Source of the DNA: Candidatus Latescibacterota bacterium
GTDB taxonomy: Bacteria > Latescibacterota > CBDEFO01
Direction: 5' to 3'
Assembly (NCBI GenBank): GCA_965248755.1
Contig: OZ252149.1
Coordinates: 1,376,001 to 1,440,000 of the forward strand
Length of the DNA: 64,000 nucleotides
The position numbers were made by a program, and so were the translations under genes. The notes beneath the pieces were generated by a model. That model was not told the origin of the DNA and did no database searches. It saw only the letters and a program-made list of their open reading frames with translations. Below are positions 29,293 to 39,553 of the stretch, in pieces (the stretch's first letter is position 1; the number at the start of each line of letters is the position of its first letter).

Positions 29293-30808
29293 AAGCCTTG
29301 TGAAATAGTTATCTTGTAGGTAGCGTCTGAAACGTCTATTATGGGTCAAACAGTAGCATATCGTATCGTTTTGCTATGGAATAAGCAAAATAGTCTCATC
29401 AGAGTTCTGGTCAGCAAGGAATAGAAGCTGTTTGAAGAACAGGATGCACTGTCTTTGACAGACAGGGCACATATAGACGCTTTTCTCCTTCTTATGAAGT
29501 ATACAAGCCTCTTGAGATTCTGCACTGTTGCAACAAGATTTAACTGTTCATTCAGTGAGGCCAATCCCCTGTAACGGGCTCGGCCCATACCGTGCTGTTG
29601 TTTGGCTTCAGCAAAGATATGTTCACTGCGTTTGCGGAGCTTCTGGGAGAGTCTGTAGTCAGATGTCAATGAGATAGATCGTGCATAATTCCTGGCCTTT
29701 GCCTCTCGCACTTTCTTATCTCGCTTGGCCTGAATATGTGCGAAATTTGTCTTGTTTTTCCAAGTAGGAATTGGCTCAATCTCTTCACCTGATCGCAGAG
29801 GAATGTGGGGTGTGATTCCCCAGTCAAGTATATCAGCGATAAAACCACCAGAACCGTAACCGGTATCGGCAGTAAGTGTCTGAATGCCTTCGGGCATAGT
29901 GTATACTTCAAGATCATCAACCATCTTAAGGGCACTTTCAGCCTCGGCTGTCGCCTGTGTGCCCTGTGTCTCAAGGATTACTCTACTTTTTGTGTCGATG
30001 AGATCATGACCCATAAACGAAAGAGAAGCCCCCGTGCCTTTTGACTTTTTGTATAAGAGAGCATCGGGGTCTGTAGTCGAACGGTGCGTCTGGTTCGTCC
30101 ACTTTTCACCATGAAAGTCCTTATCGTGAGAATGCCCAGACCTATCTTCGGCCTGTACCTTATCACCTTCAAAACCCATTTCCTTTAGGTAGTCATCAAG
30201 AGAAACAGGAGGCTCTATCGGCTCAATACTCTTCACCGAAGCATTCGCTCGTATCTGAGTGCCATCAACACTTAAGTGTTTACCGCTCACAAGACCGACA
30301 TCTATACAGCGCTGGACTACCTGACGCATTATCTGTTCAAACAATCCACTAGATGCCCACTTGTGATTGCGAAGCTTGTTGATCGTGCTTCTGTCTGGAA
30401 CCTCATCCTCAAATGTCTGATGACAAAACAACCTATATGCCGCATGCATCGCCACTTCCTGACAAAGCCGATTCTCACTCAAATTATACAAATAGCCGAT
30501 AAGGATCATTCGAATAACTAATTCAGGATCAATACCGGGTCTGCCATTATCAGAGCAATAACAATCTGACACAACGTCTCATACAAATGAAAAATCAACC
30601 GCTTTATCAATTTGACGGAGAATATGGTCTTGGGGAACTAAATCCTCCATCTGAAAATAGTGAAATATCAGATTTGTCTGTTCCTTCTTTTGTGGCGTCA
30701 TTATTTCCTCCATGTATAATATTATCAATGATATAATATAATACATGGAGATTTCTCCGTCAATGTGTTTATACTATTTGTTCGATTTAAGGGTTTTTCA
30801 CAAGGCTT
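29293..30808 (-). mobile_element. IS1182-family insertion sequence
   Basis: 13-bp perfect terminal IR AAGCCTTGTGAAA / TTTCACAAGGCTT enclosing the transposase. Confidence 0.85.
29346..30701 (-). pseudogene. IS1182 transposase with in-frame TGA at codon 41
   Basis: MTPQKK...EDLVPQDHILRQIDKAVDFSFV*DVVSDCY..GRPGIDP, with DDE motifs VDGT, ADTGY and EHIFAEAK. Stop at 30579-30581. Confidence 0.85.
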
Positions 30809-30908
30809 ATAAAGGTCAAGGTGTTCTGTACCCTTTGTGCAGCCGACACTTACATCACAGAAGATGCTTCGGTAGTGTTCGCCTGAAAATATGGAAACCA
30901 CACATTTG

Positions 30909-31622
30909 CTAATAGAACAGAAAGTTGAGGGCGGATATCAGGATAAACGCCATTATCGAAAATCTGAATGTCCGTTCGTTCAATCTTCCCACTATAAACT
31001 TTCCTAACATGACTCCCAATGCGCCTGCAAAAGCCGCTATTGTGCCGATGATTAAAACCTTCTCATCGTAGAGTCCAATTTGAGAGTATATAAATATCTT
31101 CGGAATCATCATAGATAACGCAATCGCTCCGAGTGTTCCTACTAAAGATTCTTTCGTGAGTCCGTACGCCAAAAGGAAAGGTGCCGTAATCGGTCCAAAC
31201 GTGTGCATAATCCCCGAGATGTATCCCGCAGGAAGAGCCGCAAGCGTAAGTCCGCCAGCACCCACTCTAAAATCCCTTCCCATTTTCATCGTTTGAGACG
31301 CAACGTATAAGACCAACAGAGAGCCGACTATCCTTTTCAGAACTTCTGAGGGTAGATATGCCAGGGAATAAGCCCCCACTATGCTCCCGAAAATGCTCCC
31401 TGTCAAGGAGACCCCTAACGCCTTCAAATGCAAATCTTTGCGAAATGCATACGTCCTTACGGCGTTGGTGAATACTAAGGCGATAGCTACCACGGCCACG
31501 GCCTGCTTTAAGTCCATAAAAGCAGCTACGATAGGCAGCAAAATTATGGCATCTCCAATTCCGATGGTGGCGCCGACGCCGGAAGCTAAGAAACTGCCTA
31601 TGGAGATTATGGCGATTTCCAA
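30909..31622 (-). CDS. Sulfite exporter TauE/SafE family membrane protein
   Basis: GIGDAIILLP and G.ISGI....GP..APFLL internal repeat, about 8 TM helices. Confidence 0.8.
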   Translation of the reverse strand: MEIAIISIGSFLASGVGATIGIGDAIILLPIVAAFMDLKQAVAVVAIALVFTNAVRTYAFRKDLHLKALGVSLTGSIFGSIVGAYSLAYLPSEVLKRIVGSLLVLYVASQTMKMGRDFRVGAGGLTLAALPAGYISGIMHTFGPITAPFLLAYGLTKESLVGTLGAIALSMMIPKIFIYSQIGLYDEKVLIIGTIAAFAGALGVMLGKFIVGRLNERTFRFSIMAFILISALNFLFY

Positions 31623-31632
31623 AGAGTCCCTT

Positions 31633-32604
31633 TCATGTTTGCTCGATACTTTCTAATTCCCGATCAGATACAAACGTGTTACGATTGAGAAGAAGTACGA
31701 TAGCCCCAAGTGCAACGGCGAACCACAGGGTGCATATTCTGATTATTAGGGTGGATGCAGCGGCGATGTGTCTGGGGAGGCTCAAAAGCACAATAAGCAG
31801 ACACGCCATGCTACCTTCAGTCGTTCCTATGCCGCCGGGGAGCATGGTGATCGCGCCGATGAGGGTGGAGAAAGCGTAAATGAAGAAAGTACCAAGAGTT
31901 GACGGCAGAACATCGAAGGCTATAAGTGTAAGATAGAGGCCGAAGCATTCGCAGGACCAGGCTGCTACGCTCAGAACTATGGGCCAGAGCAGATTTCGGA
32001 ATGTCACCATTATGTACGTGCTCTCGTAAGCTACCTTCATCTTTCCACCCATCCGGGATATAATTGGTATCCTCTCGAAAATCGCAATCAAAGGTAGGGC
32101 AATCCTTCTGCTTCCTACTGCTACGAGCAATATAAGCGTAAGCGCAGAGCTTATTATTAGTACTCTGGCTCCGTATTGAAATGCAAAGACTCCGACTGAG
32201 GATATGATTAGCAGGGAGATGAAGTCGGTGAGCCTTTCGGCTACGATTATGGGAGCCGTTACGCTCATGGGCGTCCCGTTGAGCCTCTTGACCAAGTGGG
32301 CTTTGAGGACTTCGCCAATCTTACCCGGAGTGACGGACATTAAGAGCCCCGCCATAAAGACGGATAAGCTGTCCATTTTGGGGAGGAGTACATCAAGTTT
32401 GGAAAGATAAAAATCCCATTTGAAAAATCTGAGGGCGTAATTAAAAACAGAAAACAGAAGGATCAGTGGAAGGTATATCCAGTGGAAGGCCTGAAAGGCT
32501 ACTATTATCCTGTGATAGTCAAAGTGGAGGCTAATAGCGATAAAGACTATCACTCCCAAGCACAAGGATAGGGCGATCTTTCTTTTGAGTCTTCGAAACA
32601 TCAT
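31633..32604 (-). CDS. Lysylphosphatidylglycerol synthase TM / UPF0104 flippase-like protein
   Basis: TPGKIGEVLK, ERLTD and LPGGIGTTEG motifs. The ORF-track extension to 32757 is repeat-derived. Confidence 0.85.
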   Translation of the reverse strand: MMFRRLKRKIALSLCLGVIVFIAISLHFDYHRIIVAFQAFHWIYLPLILLFSVFNYALRFFKWDFYLSKLDVLLPKMDSLSVFMAGLLMSVTPGKIGEVLKAHLVKRLNGTPMSVTAPIIVAERLTDFISLLIISSVGVFAFQYGARVLIISSALTLILLVAVGSRRIALPLIAIFERIPIISRMGGKMKVAYESTYIMVTFRNLLWPIVLSVAAWSCECFGLYLTLIAFDVLPSTLGTFFIYAFSTLIGAITMLPGGIGTTEGSMACLLIVLLSLPRHIAAASTLIIRICTLWFAVALGAIVLLLNRNTFVSDRELESIEQT

Positions 32605-32655
32605 TATTAAGTAGACACAAACATAGACAGTATACCGAGGGGAAAGAGTCAGACC

Positions 32656-32823
32656 GAGATTGCTTCGCTGGCCCCTTGCTTTGCTCGGGGCTTCAGCTCG
32701 CAATGACCAAGAGTCCGAATCCTGGAAGCAATCCCCGATTGAATCTATCGGGGACAAGGGAGGGCAGGAGGTGCCTGTCTACCCCAGATTGAATCCCCGA
32801 TTGAGTCTATCGGGGACCGGGGG
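32656..32823. repeat. Cluster of a CGTC-type REP and CCCCGAT mini-hairpins
   Basis: GAGATTGCTTCG...CTCGCAATGAC (32656-32707), TCCCCGATTGAATCTATCGGGGA (32732-32754) and a nested copy (32782-32823). Confidence 0.75.
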
Positions 32824-34275
32824 CTACTGTCTACTTGGTTTTAGTCTCCACAGGTATACGATCAACACTGCGCCGAACGTGATCGTAATGATAGGAAGTA
32901 CATATCTTATGTTAAAGAGGGAATCCCGGCCGCCAATTTCCCGGTATTTCTTTCTGGCAAAGAGCGTCCATTCTAATATGCTCCTGTTCCTAAATTCGGC
33001 ATCTTTCCACTTCCTGCGGGCAAGGTCAAATAATTCGTCTTCGCTAAGGGGCATACGGGAGAGTCTTTCTCTTGATTCTTCCTTGGGCGGTCCATCCTTC
33101 AGGATAGATTTCCAGGCCCTTACCAGATCGCCGTGCGAATCTATGATCATTACTCCGATAAGGTCGTTGAGTATGCTCCATCTTTCCGATCCTCTGCCGG
33201 AGTCGTAGGTTAGACTCGACTTCATTTCGAAGGGGTTTATATAGACGGAGTTGTAGGCCTTATTTCGATCATAGAGTTTTGGGGTGACGGCAAGTCTGTT
33301 GAGTTGAAAGTCCATCGGGCCACCGGGAGTGCCTTTTTTGTAGAACCAGATCTTCTGTCCCTTCTCCGAAAGGACAAAGTCAATGAACTTCCCCGCAATC
33401 TTTGGGTTGGGTGCTCCCTTTAGCATGGCTATTCCGTCGGGATTGACGACTGTGAGCCCCTCGGGCATTACGTAGCCAATTTTGTCCCGTCCGACCCGAT
33501 TAATTGTGGACGTAGCGTAAAAGTCTATAGCCAGGCCGTACGCCGCATCACCTGTGGACACCTCTTTTAGCGTCTGCCCTGAGCCCTTCACAAAGTTTCT
33601 TACGTTGGCCCCCATACAGGTTATGACCTGCCATCCCTTATCCCATCCGTAGGCCTGGAGGATGATCTCGTACATCATATGGACGCTTCCGCTATTTCTG
33701 GGATCTGCGGAGCTTACCCAGGTCAAAAGGGGAGGATCTGTCAGATCCTCCCACGCCTTGGGTTCAGGCAACTTCATTATATCTAGTACTTTTTTGTTGT
33801 AGATTATACCGAATCCAGCAAGGGCGGCGCCGTACCATTTGTATTGGGGGTCATATACGGGGACCCCGGCGACAGTCTTCCCCACTCTGTCTAAGATCTT
33901 ATCGGGAACCTTATATGGCTGGAGGAGTTCCAGTCGGGCAAGTTCCCAAAAGGGATCGGTTCCCCCGCCGAACAAGAGATCGACACCGATCCCATCGGGG
34001 TTTTGGGAAAATTCGGACTTGACAAATTTTAAAATGTCGGAGGTCCCTCCCACATCGAGCCATTCTATCTCTATGCCCTCATAAGCCTCTTTGAACGCCC
34101 TTTCAAATTCGTGCTCTATCCCTTCCCAGTGAGGGGAAATTATGATTATTCTCTCCTTAGAAGACGAAATATCCGCTCCAGAAAGAGTAAACGCAAGCGC
34201 GGTGAAGAGGGCAATGTGGAAGATGTACGTATTCACACGATAGATTAAGTAGAGGGTAAGCCTAAGGCAGCGCAC
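32824..34275 (-). CDS. ABC transporter substrate-binding protein (Fe3+/thiamine-like class) with a C-terminal TM helix
   Basis: IISPH, DLLFGGG, ADPRNSGS and VNPDGIAMLKGAPN motifs. Start uncertain. Confidence 0.8.
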   Translation of the reverse strand: MRCLRLTLYLIYRVNTYIFHIALFTALAFTLSGADISSSKERIIIISPHWEGIEHEFERAFKEAYEGIEIEWLDVGGTSDILKFVKSEFSQNPDGIGVDLLFGGGTDPFWELARLELLQPYKVPDKILDRVGKTVAGVPVYDPQYKWYGAALAGFGIIYNKKVLDIMKLPEPKAWEDLTDPPLLTWVSSADPRNSGSVHMMYEIILQAYGWDKGWQVITCMGANVRNFVKGSGQTLKEVSTGDAAYGLAIDFYATSTINRVGRDKIGYVMPEGLTVVNPDGIAMLKGAPNPKIAGKFIDFVLSEKGQKIWFYKKGTPGGPMDFQLNRLAVTPKLYDRNKAYNSVYINPFEMKSSLTYDSGRGSERWSILNDLIGVMIIDSHGDLVRAWKSILKDGPPKEESRERLSRMPLSEDELFDLARRKWKDAEFRNRSILEWTLFARKKYREIGGRDSLFNIRYVLPIITITFGAVLIVYLWRLKPSRQ

Positions 34276-34399
34276 AAGCAGGACGAAGCAGTCTAATGGA
34301 GAATTGCTTCGTCCACTTCGTGGCTTGCCCCCGATTGAACCCCCGATAGATTCAATCGGGACTCAAGGGATAGGAGGAGGTACTCTGTCTACTGTTCTG

Positions 34400-35383
34400 T
34401 TATTCCAGGTCTTTGCGCGCGGCAATAGCCTCTTCTTCGGGCTTTTCTTCGCGTTCTTTTTCCATCTTCTTTATCAGCCTTTTGTCGAACTCCCTGGCGG
34501 CGTGATAGCCATGTATCTTCTCCACGTAGTTCAGGGCTATAGATTCGGATATTACGGTGACGTTCTTTCCCGGATAGACAGGGACAGTGACCACAGGAAC
34601 CTCTATATCCAAGATGGTAGTGGCCTTATCATCAATGCCTGTCCTTTCGTATTGTAAATCCTTGCTCCAATCTACAAGTTGAACCTCGACTTCGATCCTC
34701 TTTTGCAACCTTATGCCCCTAATGCCAAACATACTCCTTATGTCTATTAATCCTACGCCTCTTATCTCCATAAAATGGCTAAGGGTCGGATCACAGCTTC
34801 CCACAAGTATGCCCTGGTCCTTTCTGGTGACAGTGATTATGTCGTCGGCAACTAACCGATGTCCCCTTTCGACAAGGTCCAGAGCTATTTCGCTTTTGCC
34901 TATTCCGCTCCTCCCTGTAAAGAAGAGCCCCACACCATAGACGTCCACAAGCGATCCGTGCCGCGTTGTCTGAGGAGCCAGAAGGTCGTCCAGGTAGAAG
35001 TTGAAGAGGTGGCTAAATTTGGTCGTTCCAAGGGTCGTCTTCAAAAGAGGAATGTCAGTCTGGTCTGCCAGTTCGATCATAAGCGGCAGTGGATCGTTGT
35101 TGTCAGTGAGCACAACGCAGGGGAGATCAAATTGATATATAGTCTTGAGTGCCTCACTCCTGTCGTATTCGGAGACTTTACTTAGGTAGAGCATCTCCGT
35201 GTTACCTATGACCTGGATTCTATCGTAGGTGTAGAGGTCTATAAAGCCGGTAAGCGCCAGGCCCGCACGATGTATCTCAGTCGTGTTCATCTTCCGCCAA
35301 AGCCCGTCTTTACCGGCCAGAAGCTGGAGTCTCAACCTTCTGCCATATTCCTCAAGTACATAACCTACCCCGACCTCTGTCAT
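34400..35383 (-). CDS. hprK: HPr(Ser) kinase/phosphatase
   Basis: HGSLVDVYGVG, GRSGIGKSE, LVADD and MEIRGVG motifs. Confidence 0.95.
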   Translation of the reverse strand: MTEVGVGYVLEEYGRRLRLQLLAGKDGLWRKMNTTEIHRAGLALTGFIDLYTYDRIQVIGNTEMLYLSKVSEYDRSEALKTIYQFDLPCVVLTDNNDPLPLMIELADQTDIPLLKTTLGTTKFSHLFNFYLDDLLAPQTTRHGSLVDVYGVGLFFTGRSGIGKSEIALDLVERGHRLVADDIITVTRKDQGILVGSCDPTLSHFMEIRGVGLIDIRSMFGIRGIRLQKRIEVEVQLVDWSKDLQYERTGIDDKATTILDIEVPVVTVPVYPGKNVTVISESIALNYVEKIHGYHAAREFDKRLIKKMEKEREEKPEEEAIAARKDLE

Positions 35384-35419
35384 ATACGAACACCGCCTTG
35401 AATTTTTGGAAAAACTGAT

Positions 35420-35769
35420 TTACTCATCTTCATTTGTGTTCTCCGAGTCAAGAGAATCCATCAGTATTGACTCTTTGTCTATGCGCTTTGATCTTATCTT
35501 ATCGTGCAATTTCTTCAACTGGCGCTTAAGCTTTTCCACTGCGCCATCTACCGACGCGCCCATATTGTCCGATTGGTGAGTCGCCACCAGCTATGTTTGT
35601 AGACGTTTACTGCTATCTCCACAGAGTGCCTGTGCTTCTCCACGTTCATTGTTACATTGCAATCTATTATGCCGTCGTAGAACTTCTCCAATTTGGCTAT
35701 TTCAGCGTTAATATGTTCCCTTAACGAGTCAGACACGGCAAAGTGTCTTGCCGTGACGTTCAAGCGCAT
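35420..35769 (-). pseudogene. hpf: Ribosome hibernation factor HPF/RaiA with a 1-nt deletion (pseudogene or sequencing error)
   Basis: MRLNVTARH... continues in the shifted frame as LVATHQSDNMGASVDGAVEKLKRQLKKLHDK...*. Span is 350 nt, one short of a codon multiple; break near 35591. Confidence 0.85.
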
Positions 35770-36046
35770 CTATTCCCCCCGTTCCCAATGTGTATTTGAG
35801 CGTTAATACTGCCTACATTATATAACTTAAGATAACTTGTAACTGAAGATATGTCAACACCTTTTTTCCTTAGGGATTTCGCGATGAAATAATGTTGTAT
35901 CGGAATCATAAGATGACTTTGGGCGAGAGATTGCATTATAATTAATCATTTGACTTTACCTATTTTCTTTATTATCTTTTTATATCAAAGTGGTCTATTT
36001 TGAGAGGATGAGAACCATAATTTAACCTTAAACATGTGGAGGCATA

Positions 36047-36709
36047 ATGGGACGCTTTTACGATGAGGCTCTGATTCCTGATGAAATGAGAAGAAAGTTT
36101 GATGTCTACGACAGGATAAAAGAAATAGGGATCGACCTCGGCACGTTTGAGGAAAAAGTCGGATCTATTGCAGGGGCAGGACTTGCTGGAGCCATTTTTT
36201 CGGAATCCGGACTGGTCTATCTTTCTGGTGCGGGCGGAGGCACCGTGTCAATGTTGGATCACGAGGAATTGATAAAGTTGGGTCAGGAGGGGGGAAGAGA
36301 GGCAGCAGATCAGCACATCAGCACTCTTCACTGGGCTATAACTTGCGGCGGTGAGGGAGGAGACCTCAACGATATCCTCTACACCGTCAAGGTGCTTGGC
36401 ATGGTAGCCTCACCCGCTGCGGCAGCATTTCTCAGCGCCCCAGCTGTGATAAACGGTTACTCGTTCAGGCTGCACTCTGTATTCGGCGGAGGTCACTCAG
36501 ATTATGCTCAAGATGGGATCGATCCAGGAGGCTTCTCGGGTGTGCATGCCAGAAGCGCTGTGGGAGGCTTCGCTGGAGGATGGTCGGTGGAACCTGAAAT
36601 AATCGTTGCAATTCCTTCGGAGTTGGCAAAGGGCATAATCAAGAATAGAGGTTGGATCTTTCCTCTTCCACCCAATGTGCTTAAAAAGGTATTAAAGTCC
36701 CGCAGTTAG
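36047..36709 (+). CDS. Hypothetical protein with RidA/YjgF-like features
   Basis: LVYLSG, VKVLGMVAS, VINGYS, HARSAVG and VEPEIIV motifs. GGAGG RBS. Confidence 0.65.
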   Translation: MGRFYDEALIPDEMRRKFDVYDRIKEIGIDLGTFEEKVGSIAGAGLAGAIFSESGLVYLSGAGGGTVSMLDHEELIKLGQEGGREAADQHISTLHWAITCGGEGGDLNDILYTVKVLGMVASPAAAAFLSAPAVINGYSFRLHSVFGGGHSDYAQDGIDPGGFSGVHARSAVGGFAGGWSVEPEIIVAIPSELAKGIIKNRGWIFPLPPNVLKKVLKSRS

Positions 36710-36716
36710 ATAGTTC

Positions 36717-36741
36717 TGGCCGGGTTTGAAAAGCCCGGCCA
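36717..36741. terminator. Hairpin between convergent genes
   Basis: TGGCCGGGTTT-GAA-AAGCCCGGCCA. Confidence 0.6.
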
Positions 36742-36744
36742 TCT

Positions 36745-37770
36745 TCATTTTGAGCTTGTGCAAAGTCTCCTTACAAGTGTCTCGACAGATGTCTTTTCGC
36801 CTCTTCTTGTCCTTCCTCCCTTAAGCTCGCTATCAGCTTGGAGGAGGAGCTCGGTGTCCTCCAAGAGTTCATCCTCAAGGAAGTTTTTAGCCTGGGCTAA
36901 GTAATTCTTTACAAAATACGGGTGAACTCTGAGCTTTTTGGACAGTTCATCAGGTGGAAGCCCTGACCCCTCCAATTTCTGGACCTTCAAGAGGATCATA
37001 AGATGCCGAAAGATAGCCGCTACGATCCTTGTGCCCTTTTCTCCCTTTGCAGACATTCTCCCGGCTATGAATAGGGCCTTTGACGTATCCTTTTCCCCTA
37101 TTGCATCCGTAAGGTCGAAAATGCTCTCAGATCTGGAATACCCGACCACATCTTCCACATCCTTTTTGTCTATCTGAGGCCTGTCGCTCACAGAGATCGA
37201 AAGTTTTTCTATCTCATTGGAAAGATCACCTAAATTGCTCCCAGCGCTCTGGTGAAGTAATCTGACGGCGTCAGGAGATATTTTCTTGTTACACCTTTTG
37301 ACTCTCCCCACTATCCATCCGGGAATGCTCCTGTCGTAGAGAGGCTTAAACTCGACTGCTGTGCCTCTCTTTAGAAGCTGGGAAAATACCTCCCTGCGCG
37401 TATCGGTCTTTCCTCCAGCTACATCCATTTTCCCCCCGACCAAGATAAAAGATGTAGTCTCCGGAGGATCTGAAATCATCGGCAGGAGTGCTTGGGCCAT
37501 CTTTTGAGACATCTGCTCGCACCTCTTGAGTACCACCACCCTTTTAGGAGACATCAGTGGGAACGAAGTAACGGCGTTGACCACAGTCTCCGGTGCTGTC
37601 TCATCGGAGTAAAAGACGCTCAAGTTGAAATCTCTGTTTGAGGGGGCAACTATAGACTCGACAAGTAAGGAGAGTGTCTCATCCCTTTGAAACTCACCCT
37701 GACCGTATAACAGGTAGAGCGGAGAAAAATCCCTCCGTTCGGTGTGCGCTAAAAGCTGTTTGTAGTCCAT
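36745..37770 (-). CDS. holA: DNA polymerase III subunit delta
   Basis: YLLYG.GEF, FNLSVFY, PLMSPKRVVV, NEIEKL, IFDLTDAI and ADSELK motifs. Confidence 0.9.
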   Translation of the reverse strand: MDYKQLLAHTERRDFSPLYLLYGQGEFQRDETLSLLVESIVAPSNRDFNLSVFYSDETAPETVVNAVTSFPLMSPKRVVVLKRCEQMSQKMAQALLPMISDPPETTSFILVGGKMDVAGGKTDTRREVFSQLLKRGTAVEFKPLYDRSIPGWIVGRVKRCNKKISPDAVRLLHQSAGSNLGDLSNEIEKLSISVSDRPQIDKKDVEDVVGYSRSESIFDLTDAIGEKDTSKALFIAGRMSAKGEKGTRIVAAIFRHLMILLKVQKLEGSGLPPDELSKKLRVHPYFVKNYLAQAKNFLEDELLEDTELLLQADSELKGGRTRRGEKTSVETLVRRLCTSSK

Positions 37771-37800
37771 AAGAAAGTAAAAGGATACAGCGCTGGGGCA

Positions 37801-38823
37801 TCAACTCTTTCTACGTCCGAGCATTAGCTCATGGGCCCTGCGGTACATCGCCAACGCGTCTTTGGGCTGATTCTTTCTGTCGTAGAGCACCCCCAAATAC
37901 CAGTACGCCCTGCCGTTGTTCGGATCGCTCTCCAAAAACTTCTGGAACGATTGTATGGCCCTGTCGTAAAGTCCCTTGTGGAGATGGGCGGCTCCGAGAT
38001 AATAGTAGGGCTCAAAGAAGTTTTTCTCTATGTTAATGGCCCTTTGAAGATCAAGTATGGCCCTGTCGTAGTGACCTTTTTTGCACAGCAGGACTCCCAT
38101 AGTGTAGTGTGCCCTGAAGCTTCCCGGTTCTATCTCTATTACTTTGCTGAACTCTGCTTCAGCCTCTGTAAAGAGACCACTCTGCCAGTAGGTTGTCCCC
38201 AAGTTGTAGTGAGCGTCCAGATTGTTGGGGTCTACAGTCAGGACCTCTTTGAATTCGCTGGCAGCCTTGTTGTAATCTCCTAACTGCTCGTAGACCAATC
38301 CCAGGCCGTTTCTGGCCTCAACATTTCTGGGCTCTCTTGTAAGGATATATTTGTACTTTTCAACAGCGGCCCAAGGATCTCTCTTTTGGGCGTCCTCTTT
38401 TACCTCTTTCTTATATCTTTCTAATTCGTCTTCCATCTTTTCTAAAACGCCCTTCTGCCCTTCGAAATCCGGGGGAGTTTCAGATGCAGAGCCCTCACTG
38501 ACAAAGGCTTGTTCTGGCAGGTCGTCCACCTTTCTTTGAGATAGGCTCTCTTCTATCTTATCTCTGAATTTGGAGTACGGCTTGAAATGGGGTTTTGGCT
38601 TCATCTGGGAAGACTGATCCAGTGCATCCTTAGACTGTTTGACCCGTATGGAAGGTCTAAACGTCCCGAATCCCCTTAGTTCAATCTTTTCTCCCTTCTC
38701 CAGCGCCACACTAATCTCAGATAGTACTCCTTCCAGGACTCTGCTTACATCCTCCCTGGACAGGGAATATCTCTCCGAGATAATGCGTGCTATATCGTCG
38801 TTGTTTAGCGAGTTCCTTTCCAT
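37801..38823 (-). CDS. HU/IHF-like DNA-binding domain fused to TPR repeats
   Basis: N-terminal KIELRGFGTF...PHFKP, then about 5-6 TPRs. Confidence 0.85.
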   Translation of the reverse strand: MERNSLNNDDIARIISERYSLSREDVSRVLEGVLSEISVALEKGEKIELRGFGTFRPSIRVKQSKDALDQSSQMKPKPHFKPYSKFRDKIEESLSQRKVDDLPEQAFVSEGSASETPPDFEGQKGVLEKMEDELERYKKEVKEDAQKRDPWAAVEKYKYILTREPRNVEARNGLGLVYEQLGDYNKAASEFKEVLTVDPNNLDAHYNLGTTYWQSGLFTEAEAEFSKVIEIEPGSFRAHYTMGVLLCKKGHYDRAILDLQRAINIEKNFFEPYYYLGAAHLHKGLYDRAIQSFQKFLESDPNNGRAYWYLGVLYDRKNQPKDALAMYRRAHELMLGRRKS

Positions 38824-38886
38824 TTAGGTAATTCCTCTTTGGGTGGACTGTTGTCAGGACACCTACTCTCCCTGACTGTCTGCTAT

Positions 38887-39051
38887 TTATGAATCTGACT
38901 CTTCTATGTCTTTAAACTCCGCGTCCTGTATCTTTGAACTGTTCAGGTCTATTCTTTTTCTTTTTCTCCTTTGGGATTCATTCCTCACGATCCTGACAAG
39001 ATTGTAGACAAGTATCAGCAGGATCCCCAACATTAACAACTTGAAAAGCAT
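38887..39051 (-). CDS. Small single-TM hypothetical protein (54 aa)
   Basis: MLFKLLMLGILLILVYNLVRIVRNE...KIQDAEFKDIEESDS with an AAGGA RBS. Below the ORF-track cutoff. Confidence 0.7.
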   Translation of the reverse strand: MLFKLLMLGILLILVYNLVRIVRNESQRRKRKRIDLNSSKIQDAEFKDIEESDS

Positions 39052-39088
39052 CTGTTAGTCCTTTTGACGACAACGTGTATCTGTTTTG

Positions 39089-39553
39089 TCATTCCAATCC
39101 TTCACGGCTCTTGATCTCTATCTGTTCAGGTCCTCTCATGAAGAGGGCCGGAAAGGAAAATCTGGCGGCCACAGCTCCAAATGCGTCGGCAATAAAGTCG
39201 AAGATAGAAGCGACTCTCCCGCGTACGAACATCTGATGGATCTCATCTGAAGCTGCCCATATCACGGTCACCAATAGAGCCAATGTAAGGGCTCTTTGTC
39301 TGAACTCAGAATGTCTTGCCTTGTAGAATGCTGTAGAAACCAAGATACCCAATATGCAGAACTCCAAAAAATGGGCCGCTTTGTCGATGTTCCATATTCT
39401 GATAGAGGGGGTGTACTCCTTGGGTATGGATGAAGCGATAAATATTGCGGTCGCCCATAGAATAGCGGGGAGCTGGTATTTGACAAAACTGTACTTTGGA
39501 GCTGAGATGCTATCTTGATCAGCAGGTGAATCTGGTTTCTTTATCTCCGTCAA
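39089..39553 (-). CDS. VanZ family membrane protein
   Basis: DKAAHFLEF, DEIHQMFVRGR and DFIAD motifs. Confidence 0.9.
   Translation of the reverse strand: MTEIKKPDSPADQDSISAPKYSFVKYQLPAILWATAIFIASSIPKEYTPSIRIWNIDKAAHFLEFCILGILVSTAFYKARHSEFRQRALTLALLVTVIWAASDEIHQMFVRGRVASIFDFIADAFGAVAARFSFPALFMRGPEQIEIKSREGLE

Noticed and set aside
32605..32757. N-terminal extension of the UPF0104 protein (MSPIDSIG...)
   Set aside because: It is translated REP and mini-hairpin sequence; the real start is near 32604.
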